Part shown: one piece after another, positions 38,801-41,279 of the stretch
Position numbering within the stretch: position 1 is the first letter of the stretch
How the letters are laid out: each line of letters begins with the position of its first letter
NCBI GenBank assembly: GCA_016931115.1
Contig: JAFGFM010000144.1
Span: forward strand, 68,008 to 132,007
DNA length: 64,000 nucleotides
Source of the DNA: Deltaproteobacteria bacterium
GTDB lineage: Bacteria; Desulfobacterota; DSM-4660; Desulfatiglandales; HGW-15
Direction: 5' to 3'
Made by a program: the position numbers and the translations under genes
Notes under the pieces: generated by a model
Databases searched by the model: none
What the model saw: only the letters and a program-made list of their open reading frames with translations
What the model was told of the DNA's origin: nothing

Positions 38801-41216
38801 GGATTGTTTCATCACCCTTTTCAGCCATCAATGCATTAATAGTGATACCGGCAGCACGAATCTCTCCTCCCCCACTCAGATATGCCTCATTACTTATATC
38901 TGCAATATTGATGGATACCCCTGCACCGACACCAACAGCAGCCGAACCTACCGTGCTCCCATCAGCCTTTGCTGAAGAATCTGAATTATTAAGGGATGTT
39001 AAATTTAAAAGACCGCTGGTTATAATACTCTGAGAGCTGTCAATATATGCCCTTGTATCACCTGAAAGGGTGGAAACAGCCACTGCACCCGCGATTGTAA
39101 CCGCACCATCACTCGTTTCTGCCTTATTATCGCTCAGGGCCTTTTCTGTTTTAGTTGATCCGCCTGATTCACTCGCCCCGCCTGATGTTGATTTTGCCGC
39201 TGTTGTTATGGTGTCAAGCTTTTTGGCCTGTATGGAAATACTCCCGGCAGTTTCCACAGATGCGCTTTCACTCAGGTACGCCTCAGTATCCCCTGTTATG
39301 GTTGTTACCGCTACGCTGCCTCCGGCAGCTGTTGAACCTCCTGCTGTACCGTCCGCCTCTGTCTTTACTGTCCTTGTGTTCAGCGCATTGATATTGATTG
39401 CACCACCCGCATTAAATGCGGATGAGCCTGTTACCCTGACAGCCGCAGACCCGTTAACAATAGAGGTTGCAACCGCTGCATCGGCAGATACTGACCCGCC
39501 CATTGATGCAAGAGATTGCGCTGTTGTCTGGGTTGTTGATGTTGCGCTGATACTGGTATTTCCTGTAGTAACTATCCTTGATGAGCCTGTTATGGATATG
39601 ATAGCCTCTGAAGTTACATTGATAAGCGCTACATCCACAGGGAGCTTCAGCTCAAGCGACGCATCTGCATCAACACCTGCTTCTGCAATTATATTTATTT
39701 CGCCTGCATTAAGAGTGGCATTATTAATGGTGACATAGGCCCTTGCATCTCCAAATACACTGTTATCAACAGCAGTTGACAAAAGGTTTATAGCGCCTGA
39801 CCCTGTGTCTATGGAGTTGTTTATATTGATTATCTCTGCCCCTATTGTCAGATTAACACCTGTAAGGAGCAGATTATCAGATATGGTAATGGTATCTTTT
39901 CCATCACCACCATTTATTGTTATATTTTCAATATTGGATATGCTGTTTAAAATAATGCCATAGGAAGTACCGTTTATGGTAATCCCGGAATCTGATATTC
40001 CTATGGTATCAGCGCCTGTTGTGCCCTCTATAATAAGGGTATCATTTCCCTCAAGACCGTTTATCAGGTAATTATCCGATGTTAAGGTGCCTGTAACAAA
40101 ACCATCGTATACTGTGAGTGTCTCCAGATTAAAGGTGATTGTATCTGCACCTGTTGTACCATTCACATTGATATCCGCCAGCAGGTGATCATACCCTGAC
40201 ATATCAATAGCACTGAAAAGGGAGGTGGACTCAATAATGCCCTCAGTGTATTCAAGATCCCAGTCCCCGCCATACCCCATGTGGCCGCTTTCATCTGTTG
40301 AAGCTGCCACATCAGCGCCAGTCTGCCTGCTTAACTCTGTGATAAAGCCAATGCCCAGTTCATCATCTGCAATATTGCACCCATAAAGCAGAATATCCCC
40401 GCCATCATTAAGACTTTCCTGCCAGACCCTCAGGCTTTCCGAATGCTCCTCCAGACTGTTCCTGTCAACAATACTGTTTCCAATACGCATCATACCTGAT
40501 GCACCATGTGAAATAATATGAATGGAGTCTATATCTTTATACTGGCTCAGTATCTCTGTAATCTGTTCAATCCCGTCCCTGCCAGGATCCAGGATTATTA
40601 CCTCATAAGAAGAATCCCTGACATCATCACCCTTTATCCCATTCTGAATGCCCCCATCTCCTGACAGGCTTTTCTCTTGAAGAATATCCTGATTTTCCGT
40701 ACCACCAGGGCTATCCTCAAATTTCCTGTTAATAAGTGTTTCATATTCAGGAACTGAGGGATCAATAATTACAAGCTGGCGTCCACTATCCTCTGAAAGC
40801 AGGTAAGATAACTGAACAGATATATTTTCCTTTGAAAAAGTATAAGCTTCGGAATCGTTTTTTATTGCTGAGGTATCGCCTTCGGACAGGGTGTCCGCAT
40901 GATTTGTCCCTCTACCATCTTTCCAGTCAGCAGATGTTACCGCCTCTGGTGGTGTTATACCAGCCTTTACATCATCAGTGTTTGATTCATTATTCACTCT
41001 TTCGCTGGAAAGTGTGTCCACTTGAGCAGCAGAGATGGCGCCTGTAAGAAGTATCTCATGCTCCTGCAGATCCTGTGCAGCAATAATCGGATCAGCAGAA
41101 AGCAGAATACGCTTTTCAAGGGTTTCAAAAAGCATCCTGCGGCGTTCGGGTTCTTTTTTTGATATTCTACCTGTAAAGGTCTTAAGCCTGCCTGTCAGTT
41201 TTTTCAGGTGTGACAT
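11865..41216 (-). CDS. Giant (9,783 aa) repetitive extracellular/adhesin-like protein: LEPR-XLL-like N-terminus, DUF4347-like domain, beta-solenoid (filamentous-adhesin/LktA-like) repeats, novel repeated modules, C-terminal RTX repeats
   Basis: A single uninterrupted 29,352-nt ORF with an AGAGG RBS. Acidic and G/S/T/A/N/D-rich, and I spotted only four Cys. N-terminal RRRMLFETLEKRILLSADP. DUF4347-like block ...VIIDPSVPEY...IHIISHGASG...LLYGCN...GADVAASTD..GYGGDWDLEY. Hundreds of ...G.GAS.A.N...N.T.A.I... solenoid turns. GGxGxD-type repeats near the C-terminus. Confidence 0.92.
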   Translation of the reverse strand: MSHLKKLTGRLKTFTGRISKKEPERRRMLFETLEKRILLSADPIIAAQDLQEHEILLTGAISAAQVDTLSSERVNNESNTDDVKAGITPPEAVTSADWKDGRGTNHADTLSEGDTSAIKNDSEAYTFSKENISVQLSYLLSEDSGRQLVIIDPSVPEYETLINRKFEDSPGGTENQDILQEKSLSGDGGIQNGIKGDDVRDSSYEVIILDPGRDGIEQITEILSQYKDIDSIHIISHGASGMMRIGNSIVDRNSLEEHSESLRVWQESLNDGGDILLYGCNIADDELGIGFITELSRQTGADVAASTDESGHMGYGGDWDLEYTEGIIESTSLFSAIDMSGYDHLLADINVNGTTGADTITFNLETLTVYDGFVTGTLTSDNYLINGLEGNDTLIIEGTTGADTIGISDSGITINGTSYGIILNSISNIENITINGGDGKDTITISDNLLLTGVNLTIGAEIININNSIDTGSGAINLLSTAVDNSVFGDARAYVTINNATLNAGEINIIAEAGVDADASLELKLPVDVALINVTSEAIISITGSSRIVTTGNTSISATSTTQTTAQSLASMGGSVSADAAVATSIVNGSAAVRVTGSSAFNAGGAININALNTRTVKTEADGTAGGSTAAGGSVAVTTITGDTEAYLSESASVETAGSISIQAKKLDTITTAAKSTSGGASESGGSTKTEKALSDNKAETSDGAVTIAGAVAVSTLSGDTRAYIDSSQSIITSGLLNLTSLNNSDSSAKADGSTVGSAAVGVGAGVSINIADISNEAYLSGGGEIRAAGITINALMAEKGDETILANTISSEAISGANGGTVGVAGSLALGILDGNSRAEIESGASVVITGAGDVSLTAENTTVNTVIANPANEGATAGSVGVGASVALNIANTSTRAKVADTVVLTGADDVTLKATSDNTVVTTAKAGGAATGGSGVGLGGAIATSVVNNEAITVIGEGSPLSITGALKAEAQHTGNTTTFADGSAGGASAGIGVALGLNVVNDISLSTTERVITAGGDVMFGAYNAGASSAGAKASASGAKEEDDADPEKDKGVDKKIGAERGLADKKAGETGTKGTGESAETPAAETSEGGVSVAAAIGVNIAKSTAQAYIPDNGTIASDGMVTLSSSNNTDATAKADGSATSASGGVSIGAAVAINLVSAVNEAYVGTGSTINADWLTIEAKKRSVSGDTTGKIGAEAISGASGGKVGIAGSLALNIADSRNEALINGGSTVTLTGGDVKVIAEGSTESTVLATAKGASVEPEKKVEAAGDTDRITLDTKIGQGAGEFNLTAAGAGTGDLVFNLRNGKSFVVVLNGATTVREVIEKINNAGNNKGQLVASFDEAKQQFVMTDTITPADPVVSAGTSVTMTGSPVFYRRDGGTAVESPINDESEALNFALRVGTDNERVFVTVEAKEYLGTADECKKAWLSDIKAAIKDAMVDAGHLEAGDAALVDVKFIGNQLIFDSSETMTIWTDTQTASVKQFKVEAIGAATAITQLGLETTTANAEGSVMTGEKVKAVSADAVASKGFDAGTKVVATSDTIELGEKHALQTGDAVVYNKGDGTAIGGLTDGTIYYVITDGTTRVKLATTEANANAGTAIDITSAGTGIQSLTVESAAPASGGGNLGIGASVALNISNNTSTAKIENSAIITGTINDISLSADSNTKAVTTSTAGGEAKGGSGVGIGGAISIAVANNDTITYVGSGDKLDIDGDFNAKANHKGVTETKADGAASGGGAAIGIALGLNVVTDSAISTTDREIDSAGDMNFEAFTITTSSSSAKASAKGSEGESEGSGSSENVDKKVGDQRKLADDKAQETGKKGTGDAAETPKAETSDGTVSVAAAIGVNITLSESKAFIPANGHVVSGGTLTLNSSNNTDAKADADGSAVDPANTKVGIGAAIAINYSDVANRAYVGTDADIDTNGLVVKADMAGDEKAIDLSSVSVTRESINLGEEHGIQTGDKIVYDNGGDASIGGLVDGQTYYAVLDDTRSFNIIPYDIDDLGVNELNTFRDAMAKVGIDINTIGGSINYTDNWIELGADHFLKDGDLVVYSKGNLLNSGPIGGLKEGATYKVDVDEDNPTRIKLLDPDSDEVQDLLFSVENISFFDHKFTIVYPVAVKLALTPEDALIGKTIDLTTGATGSNHRLIEKSHSFVANAVSGAGASNVGVAGSLALNVITTHTEAVIESLAAVDAGTGNISIIAESSQNDSASAASKVTGGKVGIGASVALNVLPVNVINADIQDNSQITGGNDLTIKAESEHAVFTTVKAGAAGGTAVSPAVAVAFANDYTTARLGANDISQIDITGNVTIEANHTGTAHTIADASVAGDKAAVGAAVGLNIILDSTVAKIERDISADGYIKIDALTDQISMLDITASAKGNKSEDETKEGEAAPRSSDDEAQAQANAATGGTKTLPKANDSLSDANDKSLEKTNDKNGKNGTGSSSVGIAAAIGVNWVISDNKTSIAEDIHVNAGGSLEVIAESETDLTTKVTGAALSFDSTTGVGAAVGLNVGILSNEAIIGAGADIEAANISIQAVTPEDRTNDFTVWALAIGGGKDNGVAGSAGINVMVMDTDASTGAGATLKSTGNIDIDAENDISYQNIAGGGGVGKKAGVGVAVAANIIVSNTDAYLSEDTHADASEVISINSDSSITPVNLEIPGMGSLGFGVSSIAAGGGVSTSSEGKAAVGGSAVVDVVVQNTHAYVGEGVKINTDPALIAGLNQSVVVDASSLTRILNGAGGLAVAFGGTGVGIALDVGVIVKDTEAYIESGATVNADKSVTINADSEEDITSVAVSAGVSKQNGIAGSLAVFVLTADTRANIDGASIDSGGNVILTATDTSSLNTIAFTIAAAGKTGVGAAGSVNIITNNVLAEISGSTIDSEGNVSLSAKSTPIIRSLGIGVSGSGENAVAINASGNAVANSVRAIIKDGSTVTAEGDVLLSAKDEAGFIIPTWMIDEGVQEDLNAALEDSPIDLKSSILAVNVSVAGSGQKAVGVALMGNVVTNDIAAEISGSTVRAGVDDTGTVINAESDLSFDAYSKAGILAVTVGVGASGDLAVQGTGFGNVITNSTGAGIISNSSVEVADDISVSAKDDSSIRSLGLSIAASGSNAIGAIVGANVITNSVTSEIAGSHVKSGDSLALKSLSDSDIMAFTGGVAAAGSTAVLVSLSANVITNSTKAIISDQLINNINHRSDIDAGGAVDISAKDSSTIDSLAFGVSGSGSTAVGIGLGANVIVNTIESSIIGSDLDTGSTLGIESESSAIIRTLAIGVSGSGSVAVQVTAMGNAVANTVSATISEGSIVTAAGDITITAKDIAPSLIPDWIVSADRADDLTKALEGTPIDLDANILSVMVSVAASGSVAVNAALVGNVIANTVTAEISESDVESLGGLIDIDALSKAGIIGLTVGVAGSGAVAVNATGYGNVITNRIESIITGGSHVTASDTIDITAMDSSQIRSLGVSVAGSGAVSVGALIAANVVANTVMANIAGSTVVTGSTLNIEAENNSDILGLTVGVAGSGAASVLLSLSANVISNTTEAGISSGTGLVHELTLDDTATADKKKVFDPANDVSIDNNTICVGPDHGFKTGDALIYGTSGGSAIGGLTDGETYYVIVDDPASGNIELAYTKEDAYNGQSIDLMANALTGSVIDAAGAVTISSKDTSEINTLAIGVSATGGGAVGVALAANVITNSVGTRIEGTTLETGSTLDLTSENSSIIRTLAIGVSGSGGFAVQVTAMGNVIANDTSAVISDSEVTAAGDINIDASDIAPTMIPLMDAVGSYITDGETVQDLKDGLSGTPFDPTANIISLMVSVAGTGGVAVNGAFTGNVISNNIEALIHDSRVVSDTGLIVLDTESRAGILALTIGVAGSGAVAVNATGFGNVIANSVSSRITGGSEVITGSTAGDITLDATDTSLIRSAAISVAGTGGIAAGALIGANVISNSVITEISSSKVESGAELELTSENKSSILGLSVGVAASGAGAGILSLTGNVITNTTRAAITGEETSRSDIDTTGAINLTAKDISEINTLAIGVAGSGGGAVGAALAANVIVNSAETEINNSDVDTDSTLLMDSSNSSIIRTLAIGVSGSGGFAVQVSAMGNVIANDTSSLISGSTVTANGDITIKAEEKSPSMIPLMDAIGSFINDAKTKNSLQDALSDTPFSLSANILSMLINVAGSGAVAVSGAFTGNVITNSITTEITDSTVTSEAGGISETSVSSAGIVSISVGVGGSGIAAVSVVAFGNTITNRVESIVSDTSVLDAAGEIKVSASDKSTIRSVGLSIAASGGLAASIIGAVNFITNTVTAEISGSTITDGTNLNITALSDSNIYSFTGGIAASGAVAAQLSLSGNVIINTVASRIKDSNLDLTGAITLLSTDSSTIDSISVGVAASGAAAAGAALSENHIQNSVGAGIEGSHVAVNGNIEAFAKSAAVIRSLAAGLSGAGGVSGAASVTLNQIRNNISAFATGSTLISTNGEIIIKALDSADKASNYMSGMTMPNNVSSSLNSRLSGTDHASSANILSFAGSIGGAGLAAGAAAVSDNDIQNTVSAAVTDSDLTSTASDITVFAESESKIVSMSLGIGAAGGIALSASETNNTIKNSVDANISGECAVSANDDITVKATDESEIDSIALSLAGAIGAAIGGVSVTNNIDNDVSSRVYGTSGSKKNSINKADDLNIYAKGTYRIKGAGLGANVGIVAAGASDVESEIAGSVNAYIGDYTDIGQDTDHLNDIYINAISDADIMSKTTAISAGIGGGSENYAESEIKPEVNAYIADNTVIEATGNIEVNAEATSKSYATTTGINAGLAAVGASKSVSKISPTIIAYAGGDITAQSIQVKGTHKLPSSGYSTYARSTGSAGALVGVDATTGNVEAKAAVKSYILDGAQFNITGTTVINADNKTLQYSEANSNAGGLIALGFNKATVLSGTVTHAYIEGNVNITGGSLDISATGVDNNKAYVKAGSGGLVAGSASNGKTINNSTTWVDIATGTGTKIDVGGNFKVKAEHNTLFRADSDSITAALVGGSGANVTNNVTSDVNIVFGTGVDVNAGAIDVDANNIITKISDGYNVVAGAGGLVGGPAASSITTIVDRTKIIVQDGADIEVDGDRHHPGSMNFDSKNMLYATDKVKLDSGGAIAIALAKSVIINNVNTNEIIIGDANLTGVGSIGISASSIANVQTQANSNTYGLAGAAQGESYSSVHADNKVTVGNNAEIDALGDISLNAGVGNSFYVKANTDLWNKTALPIYTDPKAHGEIVQSNLVDIKSGAYIGSAADVHLNADKGYYYAHGAGVGTDLYREVLAAIANFFGSIFGIKPVSLKIVKDSYKEAASADVRVDGSVRSGKNNIQELIISNTDEQYAPIMMTDQGSGVPLLTFAANGVDDDTITRSNGSWVTDGFEAGQYIRVYGSNGNDGVYKINSVGDTVLTLADNIIIDRVSDSADLFAATSSTGTRPIVMNGSPNLTFNRTNSTITRAAGDWIEDGFVEGQYINVDGSLNNDGAYRILSITDTVITVTGSKLANETTGSADIVAQAIKPVSSAANITGNPVLDYIPRRAVIERSSGSFIDDGFLSGKTIIIDGVNYAVVQVTAGSLYLAETYDITEHSDIAENITSTIGQTTVDMAFVPEQAEADAEITWSGGNWADQGIAAGDLIRISGADNAANNTGTGFEISSVSSSVIQLVDGSGIIDDAVSSGPITIQKDISVLSGVDLTFAAEVRDGDDNLVSRATITRDTGSWVTAGLRAGQNITISDAGANNGNYSIYSVSDSVITLIESSSIGAATDDNGSLFTLNLTISDNVSFTAQREHEYAKVINQSGSWSSDYRQNQQVTFSGADISGNNGSYTILSVSGNTMYVNGPLTLDMVDNGGQTTATVSASATANITWSIDNARIERSSGSWVTDGFAADQKIVIKGSDNNDGDYAIESVTATVIRLKDGYELTHDETNTDTDTLIQTPAAKVVEVTYGKGILFTRGVGGSQDRIELTDSSDWSDLGFATGQYIRITGSASGNNGIYKIELATGDTLILATGYDTFDADETYIASASRNITGIAPKSIEQVVSLTEGTSLTLTVADNRITRLTGDWAAEGFQANQYIVIRGSSEGNDGTYRIQEISGYSLILDGNHRISQNETYAGMKIYATPIKPGTISDLIYRTPGVDMPLEVKADIAEAIRAEIDKLELDKQNYGGDGKALAGIQAQIDQLKYQAGELGLLSPDGAVVGNMEVTFIETPEIIARSGDIIISGDTLSGSGKLDAPGDTRITIENHSPYYLRIKEDLTVLDLGGNVTFNGARVYSNSDIQARNRSGRLAQFSSIITDKNSADPLIEIRNTYNPPPTGLLASAPPPDIEILGSNITNIEGTVSIANKEGSIFIKDDDSTVPEQRTSIKAKTVEIKAGRDVVIATDTQHVGGDPAAVWDDLATASDSTQKFNPDGTEYDGGSNWTGSNTAHRAQNGAIIAGNNVFITARVLNINGPIQSGNADRTLTLQDTSSVTLKDKTTTTLDQRISTLEAEGKSDWITLTDSDIEVFYNHETNRIIIDDVSVDGGLIKLTGHILATDTDGLLKVVDGFGKIKIDNQSSYVIDVQSIKTGEDEELILTGADLRVTGRDMLVTGADWITLKDNGASGADTVTRQTGSFILDGFREGQQVRITGSQEGNNGVYTVERVEEKALTLTAGATLTTEFRDNSSFEISGNWITLSDTGADDTISRSAGSWITDGFYVGQSIRILDSANGNDGIYVVKSVGDLNLVLEGGDFSSEVSTSTTLEVVGNWITFNHTADSDTVTRNAGSWIEEGYRDGQTIVITGSANNNGEYKVVRVTEKGLELDSTAFLVNEVNISEGLTVKGMGNGIEGKVIITDTAYDVDSDPNVYKPLTTTYTRIGNSVQVTDNDTQNVVSGSSAIIDGRNATYQPVSGQRYYWVTGYSETSVLTEQWTSSSFWGINYANGQSRSYYNYVDPTPVDLEPESKFVEKENDGTTNPGYAYEFNSLGDPVVYTREWVTTSGWWIFSTKTYHLERITSVGRTNYDYHSVKADYPVKIEFMGYETGVVEITSDTDINLTGVISNLSGPTAIVSENGSINQLEELALIRAENITLEAANGTIGNQVRATIRRNSGKWTEEGYDAGDIIRFTDGLGENNNKDFVIASITESTITLENGSGLVSITDNDGFTLYNVTDDTTTEYNTDPLTLTAVEEHYKSVRTDVAGGLLTASADGLVAIEEIEGKVTVDTVISANDDVVMASEGGIFANDNSSLISGDNIHLTSLTGALGTSSLNLRINTNNDNNYDDDDKFDAITAHAFNDIYLHEISDDLRVVAIESLDGDVNITIDDGNLVDVNTLERRDVRTEAELADLWDEMNLIDNDGKETQDAYKGLKTREYNTYWGYRTGSTIYIDSISQVSGTSITFDADHGFTTGDALLYRVMEGDTITGLNDKQTYYAIVVGSHTIRLADSLSHANADQSINISTPLAEGRFSLTNMLAYDTGFKVTMTDAQREAYKDQLGWDDARIDLEELKRTQEFHELHNRFSVLGDTFNPDWQYDTANPGYEPLFTPAQDVDSANDTINIGVNLLATGTGVVYNANGGSKIRYMEEGEWKELAEDKIYYIIKADSGNPSIIRLADSLENANLGIYLDIDASGATGTDHSISDVDALAIGSSWTEEQLKYSLGAGWLKETTDTETRIESSNIIGKNVVINASGSIGNFLNEQVILISNGDLESGGTLIDLADSEKAALAAAERADLISIKSDTNTVSFGTLHELESGAAVIFGSGGNMGVGGIQGVTDGVTYYARVIDDFTIQLFDSAAHATGEGDTGLINITRSEARIVQREDIDFSSGGTVTEISIYTSEGDMGGEGTLLNLTDYENDLINSTDPEDITESNSALNTIRFGSAHDLTSGTPVNFGPFGTFTISNISGVTDGEIYYARVIDEFTIKLFDTEENALGSNDTGVINITRSEIRIIQQQDTGAGIDIKAGEFIFIGSESDVNIISIQAGPDDNPNGEIRLKTKGGIYNSSAGAGTNIKGGDLFLESGREGIGLDGAPVTIDLASGAKLTSRANNGIFIHEVNGDMNVDTLFSRKRIDLIADMSILDAFDDDYLNIRTEVLNLFAGDSIGSKTGDTINYLDINLYPEGILNATAGGDIYLYETDGDMLTGSIVSSNGDVTLRAVASILDAENDLQADITGNSINLEAMFGGIGISGNDLDINSAFSGEGSLISTSSLNTYLTETDGDLSIYQVFTGPGYTAFIGSGASILNARLDEEDNILSGSAWLFADGNIGSGTRAIKTTIGHLEGRSVHGSIWLINQGHLIIGGVTENDGIRAEGRIEITAHSPMTVTERMEAGDIILTTADNSDADHLTVQAGVNVISTAGSIELRAGDNLIIEDGAIVHAADSVELYVDFGNADAGVGGVLEMRGMVTGNLVTITGNSDNDIIPIMYTASPTVINTLGGNDTISIGSNADPDSNNSGNIRNILELIDIDGGAGIDTLHLDITGETEAVTGTLTEDTITGFNMGLNGSVQYTAIENLNLNTGSGDDAVNVQATASGTVTNIFTGAGNDTVNISSDAPANLGNLDGINGTINIDTESGSNTITISDAGSETADINVIITENRVSGMSPADINYAATNGTFEGGIKIIFGRGADVISVVDIQSDTLTTISGNEGDDVITIEETVISGRLEVHGDDGDDTIDASAVPAGAELVLAGGLGNDNLFGGDGNDVIFGDEATIDRDINYNITGVVSVQPDSGGNEVIVGNDGDDILVGGFGDDDITGNNGNDYIVGDNGTVEITDNIVTLMESRDTNDTTTGDDTIDSGDGDNYVIAGGGKDTVTGGSGDDYVIGDHGTLVFTDVGDLTEIATRLNELGGDDILDLGDGANIAIAGQGNDTITAGIGDDAIIGDSGVIGIDENGIITGLESARLTQGGDDEITTGDGTNYIIAGAGNDAVTTGGGEDYITGDNGTIEITNGIVTLMESKDTNDTTTGDDIIDAGDGDNYVIAGGGKDTVTGGSGEDYVTGDHGTMVFTDVGDLTEIATRLDNLGGDDNIDLGNGNNIAIGGQGNDTITAGEGSDAIIGDSGVIGIDENGVITRLESTSLTQGGNDNITAGDGTNYIIAGAGNDSVTTGAGKDYITGDNGNIEITDNIVTLMESKDTNDTTTGDDIIDAGDGDNIAIAGQGNDTITAGIGNDAIIGDSGVIEIDENGVITRLESTSPTQGGDDEITTGDGTSYIIAGAGDDTVTTGAGKDYITGDNGTIEITDGIVTLMESTDTNDTTTGDDTIDSGDGNNYVIAGGGNDTVTGGSGDDHVTGDNGLMIFTDVGDLTEIDTRLDNLGGDDTVNLGDGANIAIAGQGNDTITAGIGRDIIIGDLGIVTFEDGVVYQVISVPAPSGGQEVLSGGNGNDILLGGEGKDTISGGNGTDILIGDNGFIQFSNGIPVTIETRHTVNGEADIFDGGEGTDILFGGEGKDIINKKAPEDVLISKYGRVILEEYRVNRVYPPQYNMAEGALSKAGRLTSPGENILHPSDRSLFMQIESKTIASGTVITGPEEAFGMGSYYSHLSDGNNQGQGKATIKTSILSDGAIEKRYPNGLIEVIKQDKTIVRNAPDGREVMIFPDGTITITLPNGTKTIKNPDGSSVTTYPDGRIIKVLPDGTIINSSAENEGTDLRLNKLLLSARRDTDGLSNMDNDLRTGLKAKERSDNLDQKIDITAMVAGLTGWGALSGKKSETGKIIDKSGFINLDRKNRLRKFVKWTNGELDKKSGNELSYLKKKELN
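12700..15150 (-). repeat. RTX-type (GGxGxD nonapeptide-like) calcium-binding repeat region of the giant protein
   Basis: Examples: GGLGNDNLFGGDGNDVIFGDE, GNDGDDILVGGFGDDDITGNNGNDYIVGDNG, GGNGNDILLGGEGKDTISGGNGTDILIGDNG. Confidence 0.85.
12890..14816 (-). repeat. Tandem DNA repeat: four units of 525/525/351/~525 nt within the RTX region
   Basis: The marker (c/t)tccatcaggg (reverse complement of ...TLMES) sits at 13395, 13746, 14271 and 14796. Units are roughly 80-90% identical by eye. The 351-nt unit lacks a 174-nt (58-aa) in-frame block. Confidence 0.85.
20640..21325 (-). repeat. Three further copies of the GSWxxDGF module
   Basis: VTRQTGSFILDGFREGQQVRITGSQEGNNGVYTVERV; ISRSAGSWITDGFYVGQSIRILDSANGNDGIYVVKSV; VTRNAGSWIEEGYRDGQTIVITGSANNNGEYKVVRV. 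A 13th copy lies at ~19690-19860. Confidence 0.8.
22745..25045 (-). repeat. Nine tandem ~55-85-aa 'GSWxxDGFxxGQxIxIxGSxxNDGxYxIxSV' modules in the giant protein
   Basis: Examples: ITRSNGSWVTDGFEAGQYIRVYGSNGNDGVYKINSVGDTVLTLAD; ITRAAGDWIEDGFVEGQYINVDGSLNNDGAYRILSITDTVITV; IERSSGSWVTDGFAADQKIVIKGSDNNDGDYAIESVTATVIRL. Confidence 0.8.
27450..32900 (-). repeat. Five tandem super-repeats (356-455 aa each) inside the giant gene
   Basis: The marker I(I/V)R(T/S)LA(I/A)G(V/L)SG(S/A)G recurs at nt ~27843, 28912, 30004, 31369 and 32479, giving spacings of ~1068, 1092, 1365 and 1110 nt. Each is followed by a non-solenoid loop ending ANILS. Confidence 0.8.
40255..40785 (-). other. DUF4347-like domain of the giant protein
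   Basis: QLVIIDPSVPEYETL ... EVIILDPGRDGIEQITEIL ... SIHIISHGASGMMRIG ... ILLYGCNIA ... GADVAASTDESGHMGYGGDWDLEY. Confidence 0.65.
41088..41135 (-). other. LEPR-XLL-like N-terminal motif of the giant protein (aa 28-43: MLFETLEKRILLSADP)
   Basis: A basic run (KKEPERRR) is followed by MLFETLEKRILLSADP, a Pro->Lys variant of the LEPRxLLSA signature that starts many giant repetitive proteins. Confidence 0.65.
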
Positions 41217-41279
41217 TTGAAGGATTACCTCTTGTGTGGATTTTATTAAATATTAATCCGTTAACTCTTTATTTTTTTG

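Noticed and set aside
11865-41216. The possibility that the 29-kb ORF is an assembly chimera of collapsed repeats.
   Set aside because: The frame is intact throughout. Repeat units are mostly well diverged at the DNA level, and the module order is non-periodic overall. Only the 12.9-14.8 kb array is similar enough to merit long-read verification.
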